Below, piece by piece: positions 24,741-36,971 of a stretch of 64,000 bases of DNA (the stretch's first letter is position 1; every line of letters starts with the position of its first letter). Under the pieces are notes generated by a model. The model was not told the DNA's origin, did no database searches, and worked only from the letters and a program-made list of their open reading frames with translations. The position numbers were made by a program, and so were the translations under genes. The stretch comes from Azolla caroliniana. Its lineage: Eukaryota; Plantae; Polypodiophyta. The stretch covers positions 14,446,001-14,510,000 of the forward strand of contig JBHGNT010000009.1 of the NCBI GenBank assembly GCA_043228905.1, given 5' to 3'.

Positions 24741-26933
24741 CGATCCGGCGGTCGGCCCGAGTGCCGTCGTGAGTCCTACAGGAAAGGTCGGTGGCGGCAG
24801 GAGAACGTGATCGGACGACAGGAAGCGACAAACGGCAAGGAGGTATCAGGCCAGCGAGGCGGCCACGGACCAAATCGAACCTTCCGGCAAGGTCAGTGGG
24901 CGTAGGAAGTCCGGTCCTACGGGATCCCCACACTTAACCAGAGACTCTGGCAGTTCGGCCAATGTGGCAACATGAGACCGAGAGAGAAGGTTGGTGGCGG
25001 CAGGAAACGGGACCCGACGACACGGAAGACACGAGGAGAGTCCGGGAGGGACTCAAACAAAAGACACCCGAATTTCGGCAAGCATAGAAACGGAGCCCGG
25101 TCCTATGGGACCCTCACACCGATCCGGAGACCCCGACTGATCGGCCAACGTGGCAACGTAAGACCAAGGGAGAAGGAAGGTGGCGGCAGGGAACAGGACC
25201 CGACGACACGAGGTTTCGGAAGGAGCCCGTAGGGGCAAACACGGGGAGGTGTGTCAGGCCGGAAAGGCACACCTGGGACGGAATAAGAGTCTCGCAAGTG
25301 GCCATCGCGGGCCGGATCAAAGCGTGACTAAGGGACAGTGTTCGGCACGGGCGGAAGACGGCACAAGGGAGGTGTCGAGAATGAGGTGACAAGTGCCTAG
25401 TGGACTGCACAGGGTCGGAGTCAGGGGATGGCAAGGGAGGCCGGAGGAGGATCCTCCACACTCACTTCGTAGATCTCGGTAGCTCCGTCGAAGTAGCGAA
25501 GACTGACATAGCAAGCCGGGATTACAAGCTGGTGGGGGCGAGGGGACGACGGCAAACGGAAGACTCAGGACCTGTTGCAGCAGCACAAAGACGGGAAGGG
25601 CCAAGCGGGCTACTACAGGGTGTTCCTCGAATGCAAAGGACACCAGTATGCGGGGAGCGGCGATGCACGATCTGGCCGGGAAAGGGGCCGACAAGGCGTG
25701 CAATGAACCGGAGTATGGCACAGGCGGTGCCAAACAATGGACGAAGGTATGTGGCACACGGAGGTGCTGGAGCGGGAAGGCGAGCGCGGAGAAGACCGAA
25801 AAGGGATCCTCCACACTGTTCCAGAGACCATGGCGGTTCGAGCCGACGCGGCGATGTAAGAACATGGAGAAGGAAGGTGGCGGCGAGAGGACGAGGGCAT
25901 ACGACGGGAGCGGGGCGTTCATACGGCCAAACAAGGGCCAGCGGAAGTACGCGTACTACGGAGATCGCGGCAGAGGACCCATCGACGGGTCGAACGAGCC
26001 TACGGGGAGGTAAGCGCGAAGGAATATTCGAAGCCGACGGATCAAACCGGCAGCGAGCCGGGATGCGGATCACGGAAGACCGGTTTCTCACCGGCCGAAA
26101 TCTCTCACCCTTCAACCGGACTTGGCACATACCGGTGGATGTGCGGTTAGGTGGGGGCGGATGTCATGAAGAAATTCGGCCGAAGGCAGAAACCGGGAAA
26201 CATTGGCTACATCGGCGGGGTGCAACGTGTGTACGCACCCATGTACATTTAGTGTGAGTAACGAGGGCGCCTTTATGGCACCGAAGAATAGTCAAGTCGG
26301 GACAGACGATCCCATGTAAGTCGGGATTTACCCCACATTGTAACGCATCCCTCTCCTTGTTCTATAAAAGGAAGGGAGCGCCCTTTGCGAAGGGGTTGCC
26401 CATTTTGCATTAGAGGGTATACCGTTAGATTTAGGGTTTCTTCTTCTCCTTCTTCTTCTTCATGTTCCCTTAGGGTTTGCTTCAGCTCCTCTCCTGCGCA
26501 AGACCTCATTCGGCGCGACGAGCCCGTGAGCTCCTCGACCGGCGGCTTGGCAGCTGACAACTACTGTAACCTACCTCGGTCTGGCTCGAAGCCGGGAATG
26601 TATTCTTCTGTTTATGTATATACATTAGCGTCTGTCTGTGTATATTCGCGTCTCTGTTGGTGTCAGGTGCTTCCCCTTTCCTGCGTTTCTTGTACATGAG
26701 GGCGTGAGTCGGGTCGGCATGTGTGTGTGTGTGTGCATGTGTGTGCTTGAGTCGGTGTTAAGCGCGCGCTCCCTCCCTCCCTCTCTCTCTCTCTCTCCCT
26801 CCCTTCAGTCTCTTCCTGTGTTCTTCTGGGATCCCCGGAAATGGTGAAGCACGACTTCCTACGCTCCATCACTCCCTAGTCCAAGACCCCCGTGGTCCCG
26901 CCTTTCTCCACGCACGCGCGTAATAACGCGACA

Positions 26934-27835
26934 CCGGCAAGACGCCTCTCTTCCGGAATATCCCTCATCAACATCTCTGCCCGGTAGGACGCTAAATAAC
27001 TTGTGGCATCCTTTCCACTGAACCGGCCGATCGTACCGACGATCGCCTCAATAGCCCTGTCAAGGGCGCCGGTGCCCTCACGTGCGCTCACTATCCGGTC
27101 CACGGCCGAAACCATGGCCTCTGCAAGATCCGACCCCCTCATCTTCTGCTCCTCTGCCGCCTTGTTCACGTCGGGTTCACCAAAGATATCGCGTTACTAC
27201 GCGCGTGCGTGGAGAAACGAGGCGGGACCACCAGGGTCTTGAACCGAAGAGCAGGTGATAGAAGGGGAAAGAGAAAGAGAGAGACGCCCGGTTACGTATG
27301 AGCAAAGAAACACAGGGACACGGCCCGTCAACGCGGAAGACACGAATGGACACAGAGACAGAGAGACACGAATGTTTGTATATTAACGAATGACACATAA
27401 ACAACAGAGCACGCGAGCGGTTACAACCGAACAGGCCGGCGAACAGATGTCGATGCCTGCTCGTCTACGCACGAAAGGGGATAGGATGGAGGTGCTGCCG
27501 GAAGCACACAAGCATACCTCAAAGCAGCGCGAGCCTCCCGAAAACTTGCAGAGAAGAGTGATGGAGAACGAATGGAGGAGAAGCGTTCGGTTTCGGTCCG
27601 ACAGCACTTCGTCCTCCTCAATGCATTATCCCCTCTCCCCGCGTCTCCCTCTCTTTTATAGCTTCAAGAAGGGAGTCGTTTCCCTCATTAACTTCCTACC
27701 TACCGAATCTAACTACCTAGGATATACCTTTGTACCTAATTCTCTATTATATACATTAAAGGGCGCGCACGCATGAAGAGCCGGTTCACGCGCGCTATGC
27801 ACCGATTGCGCTAAGGGACGGTTTTCTTCACGACA
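26934..27835 (-). mobile_element. 5' end of Trp-primed Gypsy element A (LTR 27187-27835, PBS 27165-27182, gag start), inserted into the 3' LTR of element B
   Basis: The LTR ends at ..TTCACGACA 27835, then CCGT and sequence matching B LTR 34269-34470. Gag MNKAAEEQKMRGSDL..ERRLAG is cut by element C at CCGG. Confidence 0.85.
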
Positions 27836-30800
27836 CCGTCTTACCCGTTTACATCACATTAATTCTCTGTCCTTTCGAACAGAGATACTCCTCGATTCTC
27901 CCTATAGAATATTGCTACCTAGGATCTGACCTTTGTGCCTACCTATCTACTGTACAACAAGGGGCATGCCCACGTGTAAGGGCCGTTTCACACACGCTAT
28001 ACACGGTTTGCGCCTGGGGACGGTTTTCTTCACGACATCCGCCCTCACCTAACCGCGCATCCACCGGTAATCGCCAAAATTGGGTTCCTACTGGAGAAAA
28101 CCGGTCCTTGCTTTTATTCCTCGTTTACCGGTTCGTCCTCCGCCTCGGGCTGCTCGTCGTTGCTGTCCGTGCCCCCTAGCTCCGGCTCACTGTCGTGTCG
28201 TTTCTTGAACGCTTTGATCCTCTTCCCTGCTACCGATATCGCCATTCTCGTACCGTCGAGCTCCGCGAGATGGTACGTCCCATTGTCGTTGGCGCCTGTT
28301 ACTACGTAAGGCCCGAACCACCTCCTTGCGAACTTCCGCGTGGCCTTGTGCTGATTGTCGAGACTGCTATCGTAGACTAGCACCCAGTCGCCTTCCTCGA
28401 TCTTCCTTGTCCGGAGCCGGTGTGTTCGGTCGAACCGGGCTTTGTTCCTTATCCTCGCTACCCGAAGTTTCTCCGTGGCTCGCTCTACGTCCTCCAGCCT
28501 CCACTCGAGCTGTCGAATCCGCGCCACCAACAGTTCCTCCCGGCTCATCTCATCCCTCCAGTCCACCGTGGCCCACGAGGAGATCGTTCGCTCTGTTGGC
28601 ATGATCGGCTTCTGTCCGAACATAAGCTCGGCCGGCATGAACCCTGTTACCGAACTATGCGTAGTCCGGTCCGCCCACAAGGCATAAGGTAGTAGCCATG
28701 GCCAGTTCCCGACTTGGCCTCCGCACGCCCGTACTAGCGCTTTGAAAATTGGCCCGTGTTCGCACTCCACCTTCCCGTTCGCCTCCGAATTGTACGCTGT
28801 GGTGAGCGAAAGTTTGACTCCTAGCCGGTCGAACAGCCCTTCGGCGTCTTCTGCATCCAACTCACCATAGTCAGCCATGATCTTCCCTACGCACCCGTAT
28901 CGGCATACCACGTCCTCAATCAAAAACTTGCATACGGCTGCAGTCGTCTTGTTCTGCAGGGCTCGGCCTTCAACCTAGTTTGTTAGATCCTCCCGAGCCA
29001 GCACCAGATACCGCATCTGTCCGACCCCCATTGGCATCGTCACCAAATCCACCATCCATTTGAAGTGGACGGTCGGAGGGTAGGTCGGGTGAAGCTCGTC
29101 CCGGTGTCGGATCATGGAGTGGACCTGGCAGCTTTCGCAAGTCATCACGAACCGATGCACGTCCCGGTATAGTCCCGGCCACCAGTACTTCCCTTTTAGC
29201 TTTGCGAACGTGGCCCACGTTCCATGGTGTCCAACCCAAGGACTGTCGTGGTACGCCGCCAGCAAATCCTCCTGTTCCTCCTTCTTCGCCACCACTCGGA
29301 GCGGGATGTCGTTCCTCTTCTTCGGGTGCTTCCATATGTACCCGTCCCGGAGAAAGAATCGGTAGGCTTTCTTCCGAATCCGGTTGGCCTCGTCCGTTGT
29401 CCATGCCGCGTCTGGTGTCATCGTTTTCAGGAACCCGCAGATCTGCAGCCACTCCCCGTCGTACTTGCTCTTGTAAAAATCATTAAGCGTTGGAGTGCAT
29501 TCCCTACCGGTTGTTACGTGAGCCGCCTTGAAGAAGTCCACGCCGACTTCCTCGTCCTCCGAAACCATGCCGCCCTCGTTTTCGAACCTCACCCTTGAAA
29601 GCATGTCGGCCATGGCATTGTCTTTCCCAGAAATGTGTCGTATTTCCGGATTCAGGGACTTGATGTACGTTATCCACCTGAGCATTGCCAGGTCCGGCGT
29701 CACGCATCCGAAAACCATGCCAAGAATTGGCAGGCAGTCCATCTCGATAATTACCTCTACCCCGATCAGGTAGTCTTTATCCGCCTTTACCGCCGAAACG
29801 ATACCCCAGAGCTCACGTTTAACCTGGGCGTATCCTCGTTGTCGCTCGTTGAGAACCTTCGCGCCGAACCGGATCGGGAAACGCATGTCGTCCTCGTCCT
29901 CTTGGTTGACGACCCATCCGATCCCGGTCGAACTCGTGTCTATCGTTACGTAAATTGGAGTGTCGTTTCCGTAGACAGCCTTTCGGAGTGCCAGAGCTGC
30001 GGCAAGTGCTTCCTTCATCTTTCGGACAGACTCTGTATGCTCGTCTCTCCACTCGAATTTTCGCCCCTTTTTCAGCAACCCGTATAACGACTCCGCAAAG
30101 TGAGCGTAATACGGGATCCATATGTGGTAGAACGTGCACGCTCCCAAGAACCTCCGAACCTCCGTGACTGAGCTACAGTCGTCCTTCATCACGAAGATGG
30201 CTTCTACCTTAACCGGAGACGGTTTCCGGCCGTACGACCCGCATAGGTGTCCGACGACCATGATCTCTGATTGCCCGAAGGCCGATTTTCCCCCGGAGAA
30301 GGTGAGCCTCACGCCCTCCAACCTCTGCAGCACCTTCTCGCAGTCATCGATGTGCGTCGCCACGAATTTCCGGCACCCATTCGGTCCAATCGTCTCGTCC
30401 CTTTCCTCCACCGGGCATCCCTTGATCGGGACGTCGTCCAGAAACGACATGGTGATGTCCGGGATACAATCCCTCAGCACCTTGTTCATTGCGTTCACCA
30501 TGTGAGCCACCGAGTTCGTCCCTCCTTGTGGTAGGGTACACATCCGTACTAGGCCAAGAGGAGTTGGCATTGTCGTGATGTCTCTGCTCTCTATGGCTAG
30601 CTGGAATTGTTCATACCCCGAGTAGAGATCACCGACCGAGTAAATCGACCTTCCGGCGAAGGCCTCCGCGAACTCGTCTATTGTCGGTCCGATTCCTGCG
30701 TTTCGAATGGTCACCTTGTTGACCGGCTGCAGGTCTTGAATAAAGCGCAGCGTGCCATCCTTCTTCGGCACGGTAAACCACCGATTTGAGTATGGGGCAC

Positions 30801-33800
30801 TTGACGGTTCGAGGATGCCCATCTCGACCTTCTGCTTTAACAGCTCCATCAACTTCGGGATGTGATCTCTGGGTACTGGAATCGGTTTGAGACTCCACGG
30901 CACATGCGGTACCATGAATATCACCATCGGTTCCACGATTGTCGAGTCTACGCACCCGATCTCCTTCGGTGAGAATGCGAAAGCCTTCCCGTGCCTTCCG
31001 AGCATTTCCCGAAAACGGTCCTCTTCCACCAGCAGTAGGAACCCGCCCCCACCGATTTTGAACTCGCGTAGCGTTATGTCGGTGAACGCGTGTCCTATGC
31101 GGGCCGGATTTCGTAAACTCGGGTCCGACGCAACCCCCTTTATTCGCAACTCGCTGCCCACCGGCAAGGGAGCCGCGACCGGCCTCACCTTCTGGTCCAC
31201 AGTCTTGTACCTCGTGTCCACCCGGGCCGTCCGATCCGACTCGAGCCCTCTACTGAAGTCCGCGATGACTTCGTACATCCTTTCCGAACATACCGGAATC
31301 GTTTGGTCCTCTTTAAGGACTCCTCCGACTGCCTCTCGCAGCTCCCCCAAGGTATCGTCGAAAGAGACCACCTCCACAGCTCCGTTGATTTCCTCTCCAA
31401 GGCCGAGGATACCACATGCCCGAAGTCACTCCTCCGCCCTTTTCTTCTTCCTGCCTACAACGTCGACTATCGTACACCCTCCGTTGTCGGAGAACCAAAA
31501 TTTCCTACTTATAGTACAGGTCTTCTTCGCTATCATACACTTGTGGGGTTTTCCCGGAGTGTCCGGACTATCACGGCCCCACGCCTTGATAGCCCTCTCT
31601 AAAAATCCTCTCGGCTTTCGCCCCCGAGGGTCTCGCGGTTCCGCTCATGGTTCGGTCTTACCGTCAGGAACTGAACCGAGTGCCGTCCATCCTAGCTCTT
31701 GACCCTTGCATAGGCCGAGCCATTGTCCAGCACCTTGGTCTCCATCCATGCTGCCGTGATGTACGGTTCTCCTAGTATAACCGGATGTGAGGACGTCTCC
31801 TGCACGAAGAAGTGTTGGTCAATCTCGACATCGCCGATCTTTACTCGTACATTCGGGCAGGCTCCATGCATGTTCTTCGGTGCCATGCGTCGTTGCCCGT
31901 ATCTTCCAACGTGCTTGGTGTTGATCGGCCATTTCCCCTTCTTGTAGAAGTCCATGGACATCAAATTGATTTCTAAACCGTGGTCCACCAACGCCACCAC
32001 TGGTTCATGAACATCTCCGATCTTCACGGGGGTCTCCGTAGTCGCTCTGGCCCAGTGCGGCCTCGAATAGTGGCTCTCCGCCAACTCGTCTTTCAGCGCC
32101 ATGTCCTCTATGTGCGTCGTTCGCACCTCCATCGGCTTCTCCGGTTCTTCCTCCGTCGACAGCCTCTTCCTCTTCACCAAGTCTACGATGGAGTTGTGGA
32201 ACTCCTTCTTGGCGATCCCGAGCACTTCCCTCAGCGACATTTCCACCCTGCTGTCGAGGATTCGTTCCTCCAGGACCTTTTGTAGGTCCGTGGTTCTTTC
32301 GATTTCTGTGCCCAACCGGTACCCGCCCCTCTTGGGAATATCCTGGGCACCGGTCACACCGGCCTCATTCCACCTTTGCCCGAACCGAGTTTCATATCGT
32401 TGTGAGGGCCCGGCCCCTCCGGTTTTCCCTACCCGCTTGTCCTCCACCAGAGCCTCGTAGTTTTGACAAGTGGCTTCGACGAAGCCCATCTTTTCTTCCA
32501 CTGGATCACTCCATCCGGTTACCTCCCGGACCCGTTTTTACGCGCGGTCCGCCTCTTCTTTCCGTAGTCGTGCGCCGGCGAGGCCTTCTAGCATCGTCGG
32601 CCAGAACCCGGCTTTGTTCTTCTTCGGGGCCTCGCCACCTCCGACCCGAATACCAGCTGACGCCGAGTAGTGGACGGTCTCCGCGTGACGAGCCACCGCC
32701 TCCTCCATCAGCCTTTTCATACCTCCCCGCCCGACATTCAGGTCCAGGGCCCTTCGGGTCTCGCTGGCGTGCACCCGACCGTTCCACAGGTACACCACGT
32801 TGCTGCTTATCGCCTCGGCGAAGTCCCCGAAGTCTTTCCGGATGTGGCCAACCGCGTCACACCACATGCACCTGTTTCCAGCCAGAGGTCGTCGGTCACG
32901 GCCCTATTCGCCACCGTCCCTCCGTGCTTGGGCGATCTGGAGATCCTTTACCATCCGTGCCAGTTCCTCTAGAGCTGCTCCCCCGGACGAGCCCTTGACC
33001 ATGCCGGTCGAAGCCAATCCGGTCTCGAGCCAATCTCGGGTCTCTTCCCCTCGCGTTGGTGGTGTTGGCTCGTGCTTCCTTGGTGCGACAGAGCCCGCCC
33101 CCGTCGATCCTTTGTCAACCCATTCCCGCCGTTTGTCGAAACGGCCACAAACCCTCTTCACCACGGCCCAGTCGGCCCGTCATCAGTCTCCAATAGGAGG
33201 CCTACTGGCTCTCGATCCCGCTTGTCAACTGACTTAACAAACAATAGGACACGACTTGTGTCCCAGAATGGTCTGGTCAAGCACCGAGAGGCGCGCGAAG
33301 CGTTCCTCAAACTCCCGGAGGAGCACCGACGCGTTTCTTCCTTTGTCGGGGGTCTCCACCCACTCCATGAAGTCCCGCTTCGAAAGTCGAAGGGCATCTT
33401 CAAGCCTGTATTTTTCAAGGAGCCGACCTTCGAACTCCTCCCAGGTTCGGCTCTCGGCCCGTACCTCGAGCACCTCCGTATGGATGCCCGGCATCGCCAC
33501 TCGAGGGAATCCGGCTAGACGCCTCTCTTCCGAAATGTCCCTCATTACCATCTCAGCCCGGTAGGATGCCAAGTAGCTCGTGGCATCCTTCCCACTAAAC
33601 CGGCCGATCGTACCGACAACCGCCTCGATAGCCCTATCAAGGGTGTCGGTGCCTTCGCGCGCACTCACTATACGGTCCACAGCCGAAGCCATGGCTTTTG
33701 CGAGGTCCGACCCCCTCATCTTCTACTCCTCTGCCGCCTGTTCATGTCAGGTTCACCAAAGATGTCGCGTTGCTACGCGCGTGCGTGGAGAACAAGGCGG

Positions 33801-33833
33801 GACCTCTGGGGTCTTGGACCGAGGAATAGGTGA

Positions 33834-33881
<48 letters not shown>

Positions 33882-34470
33882 GCTCACTCACGTATAGACA
33901 AAGAAGCGCACGGGGACGCGGCACAACAACACAGGAGACACGAGTTGAGAACACTAGAGTATGTATGTAAATAAAGGCATGTATTTGTACGTATGCAGAC
34001 GACTCGAACGGTTACAACCGATCAGGTCGGCGAGGTGGATGCCGACGCCTGATCACCCACGCACACAGGAGAGCAAGATGGAGATTCTGCCAGAAGCACA
34101 CGGGCGTTCCACGGAGCAGAATCAGCCTCCTGAGAACTTGCGCAAAAGAAAGCTATGGAGAACGACAGAGAAGAAGAGCTCGGTCCCAATCCGACAGCAC
34201 TTCGTTCCTTCTCGTGGCGATCCCATCTTCTCCCCGTCTCCCTCTCTTTTATAGCTCAAGGAGGGAGGCCGTCTTACCCGTTTACATCACATTAATTCTC
34301 TGTCCTTTCGGACAAAGATACTCCTTGATTCTCCCTATAGAATATTGCTACCTAGGATCTGACCTTTGTGCCTACCTATCTACTGTACAACAACGGGCAT
34401 GCCCACATGTAAGGGCCGTTTCACACACGCTATACACGGTTTGCGCCTGGGGACGGTTTTCTTCACGACA
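27836..34470 (-). mobile_element. Pol-bearing tRNA-Trp-primed Ty3/Gypsy element B (degraded)
   Basis: 5' LTR 33763-34470, PBS 33742-33758, gag (33234-33719; CMWCDAVGH knuckle), protease ALVDHGLEINLM (31692-32501), RT-RH (28975-31377: FIQDLQPVNK, DLYSGYEQF, LPQGGTNS, FLDDVPIKG), integrase with GPY motif (28114-28923), PPT at 28038-28060, 3' LTR remnant 27836-28037. Confidence 0.93.
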
Positions 34471-36971
34471 ACGTGAACTGTCTCCTCGGTTCCTTGCGTG
34501 GGGAGAGCATGCCCCAATCTTCGCTACTCGTCGGCTCGTCATTCCGTTGACCACTCCAACTCAACCAATCCGGATTCAGACCACTGATCCAGAGGGAAGT
34601 TGGAATATCCACTTGATCGGATTCTGGTATGCTTCCCTCTGCTCCGGAATTCGTAGCCTCATTCGCAACATCGGCGTTGGTTCGGGTGATGAGAAGTACC
34701 AAGATGTTGATTCGCCACAAACGACATCGCAGCTAACTCAGACTTGCTTTGACCGGGGGTTGTAGCACTTGTACCCTTTCTGCTCGTCGAAGTAGCCAAC
34801 CAAGATACACTTCTCGGCCGTGGCATCTAACTTCTTCCACTTCTCATCCGGCACATGCACATATGCAATGCTGCCGAATACCCAAAGGTGCGCTAAATTC
34901 GGCTTCCGCAGGAAATACAGTTCGTGTAGTGACACCTTTGAGCCTGAGGCAAATATCTGATTCTATATGTATACAGCCATCTGAATCTCTTAGGCCCATT
35001 AGATCCAGGGCATGCTCTTCTCCTCCAGCATTGCCCTAGCCGCTTCTACCAACGTCCAGTTCCGACGTTCGGCCACGTCGTTCTATTCTGGTGTGTATCT
35101 ACAAGAGAACTCACGTCGGATTCCCTTGATTTCTAGATAACTTGTGAACTGGCCGGAAAAGTACTCTTTTCCACCATCCGATCTTAGAAAATTACACTTC
35201 CCTCCGGTTTCTCGTTCTACATGACTCTTTAGGTCCTAGAAGCACGAGAAGACTTCGCTCTTTTCTCTAGGTGTGTCGGCTGAAATCGTCGATTAAGGAG
35301 ACAAAATATTGACTCCCACCGATGCTCACGTTTTGTGTTGATTCCCATTCATCCAAATGGATAAGATTGAGCCGGTTCCGGTGCCGATTTTTCTCATCGA
35401 GGACTAGAAGCCTATGCTGCTTCTCGACCTGACACATTTCACAAATTTGGCTTTTCGGCCACTAAACTTTGGTAGTCCAGGAACCACGTGTTTCGAATGC
35501 ATCCCATGAAGCTTCCACAAGTTGATGTGGCCGATTCACTTATGCCACAGGTCGATGTCCAACTCGACCTTCTATCCTTTTGCGAACATAGCGGTGCCTA
35601 CATTATTGGTTTAGAGGATGAACACTCTTCCATCTCGGCACCCTTGCGCGATGATCCAGCCTTCCTCCTCGATGAAGCATTCGTTGTGAGTAAATCGGAC
35701 TTGCATTCCTTGATCCAAAATCTGACCGACCGACACCAAGTTCTTGGTTATCGTCGGTACATACAGGACATTCCTCATGATTCCCTTCTAGTGGACATGA
35801 CTCAAAGGGACATCTCCGATGTGCTCAATGGGATGTGGGGTGTCATCTCCGGTTTCGACCATCCCCAACTCCTCGAGAAAGGAGAATCACTCTTTGTGGT
35901 TCATCATGTGATTGGAAGCTCCGGAGTCCACGTACCAAACTTCCTCCGACTACGAGTCGGATGCCACCATTCGGTTGGCCTTATGCTTCATTACGAGGGT
36001 CGGTCCTGACCCGGCCCTCTCCGAGCCTCCGCTGAAGTGCGATCGGTGACGCCTATCTGCATCCCTCCAGCTCGATCTGGCCTTGTCCGAATCGGTCCTT
36101 TTTTCCTAACGCTCACTTTCTCTGTGACCCTTTCGGTCACAGTACCAACCGTCTATCTTGGCCTTTCCTTGCCGGCTCCTGGTGCCGCCTTGACTACCCC
36201 TGCTTTCGAAGGGTCTAGTACAACTGTCGACACTATTTTTGTGCCTCTGATTCTGCTCTTCTCAGTCGCGTGCATTGTGTGCCGATCCGCCTTGACCGCC
36301 ACATCCACGAGGCCTCTCTGCCTCCGTATGCAACATCTCATTGTCGGTGTGCGTATTTGTTGACACACCCACTTGGTTCTCCTCTACAAGGAGCATCGAT
36401 AGTAAGTCGAAAAACAAGGGCGTATTCTCCCTTGTATAGATCGCCGTTCGGAATGCTCCAAACATTGATGCTAGGCCCCCGAGACAGACCTGCACCATCT
36501 CATCCTCCTCGATAGTCACATTGACAGAGGCAAGGGAGTCACAGATCTCTTTAATCCCAGTCGTGTAATTAGCCATCGACATGTCTTTCTGTCGGGCGTT
36601 GCTCAACTCCTATCGGAGTTGCGGCGAAGACCTTCTTTAGGTTTCCCCAAGCTTCCCTCGGCGTCCCGGATATGGCTTAACAACTCATCGTCGACACTGG
36701 ATGCAAAGCAGTACATCACCTTGCTTGTCTCTTGTTCCCAAGCTAAAAAGTCCTTGTGTCTCATATCAGGTGTTGTATCATTGGCTCTGTCGACATAACT
36801 CTAATAACAATGCCCTAGCAGGTAATTGTGCATCTTGTACGACCAAGATGCATAGTTGGTTCTATCAAGCTTCTCCATCTGGAGTGAGCTAGCCATTCCT
36901 CTATCCATTCTTTCCTCCCTATTCTTTACCGGGTGATAGGGGTTGTCTCTAACAAGTCGCTTGTCCGCAAC
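34471..36971 (-). mobile_element. Degraded Ty1/Copia fragment (gag-PR-INT), host of element B
   Basis: ATG at 36896 (MASSLQMEKL), CWYCDRKGHRESE knuckle, VWYVDSGASNHM, KPNLAHLWVFGSIAYVHVP..KGYKCYNP; many frameshifts. Confidence 0.85.

Larger units (their letters stand above)
16927..26933 (+). mobile_element. Gag-only element C (second copy of the F family, opposite orientation), interrupted by Copia G and by D
   Basis: 5' LTR remnant 16927-17158, Trp PBS 17163-17180, gag ORF 17196-17277 + 22598-23955, internal region colinear with F, PPT GGTTAGGTGGGGGCGGA, 3' LTR 26162-26933, right flank CCGG inside the gag of element A. Confidence 0.92.

Noticed and set aside
27187-28037. Single shared LTR of a tandem LTR-int-LTR-int dimer
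   Set aside because: A complete LTR ends at 27835 and is followed by a partial B-type LTR; insertion of A into B's 3' LTR fits better.
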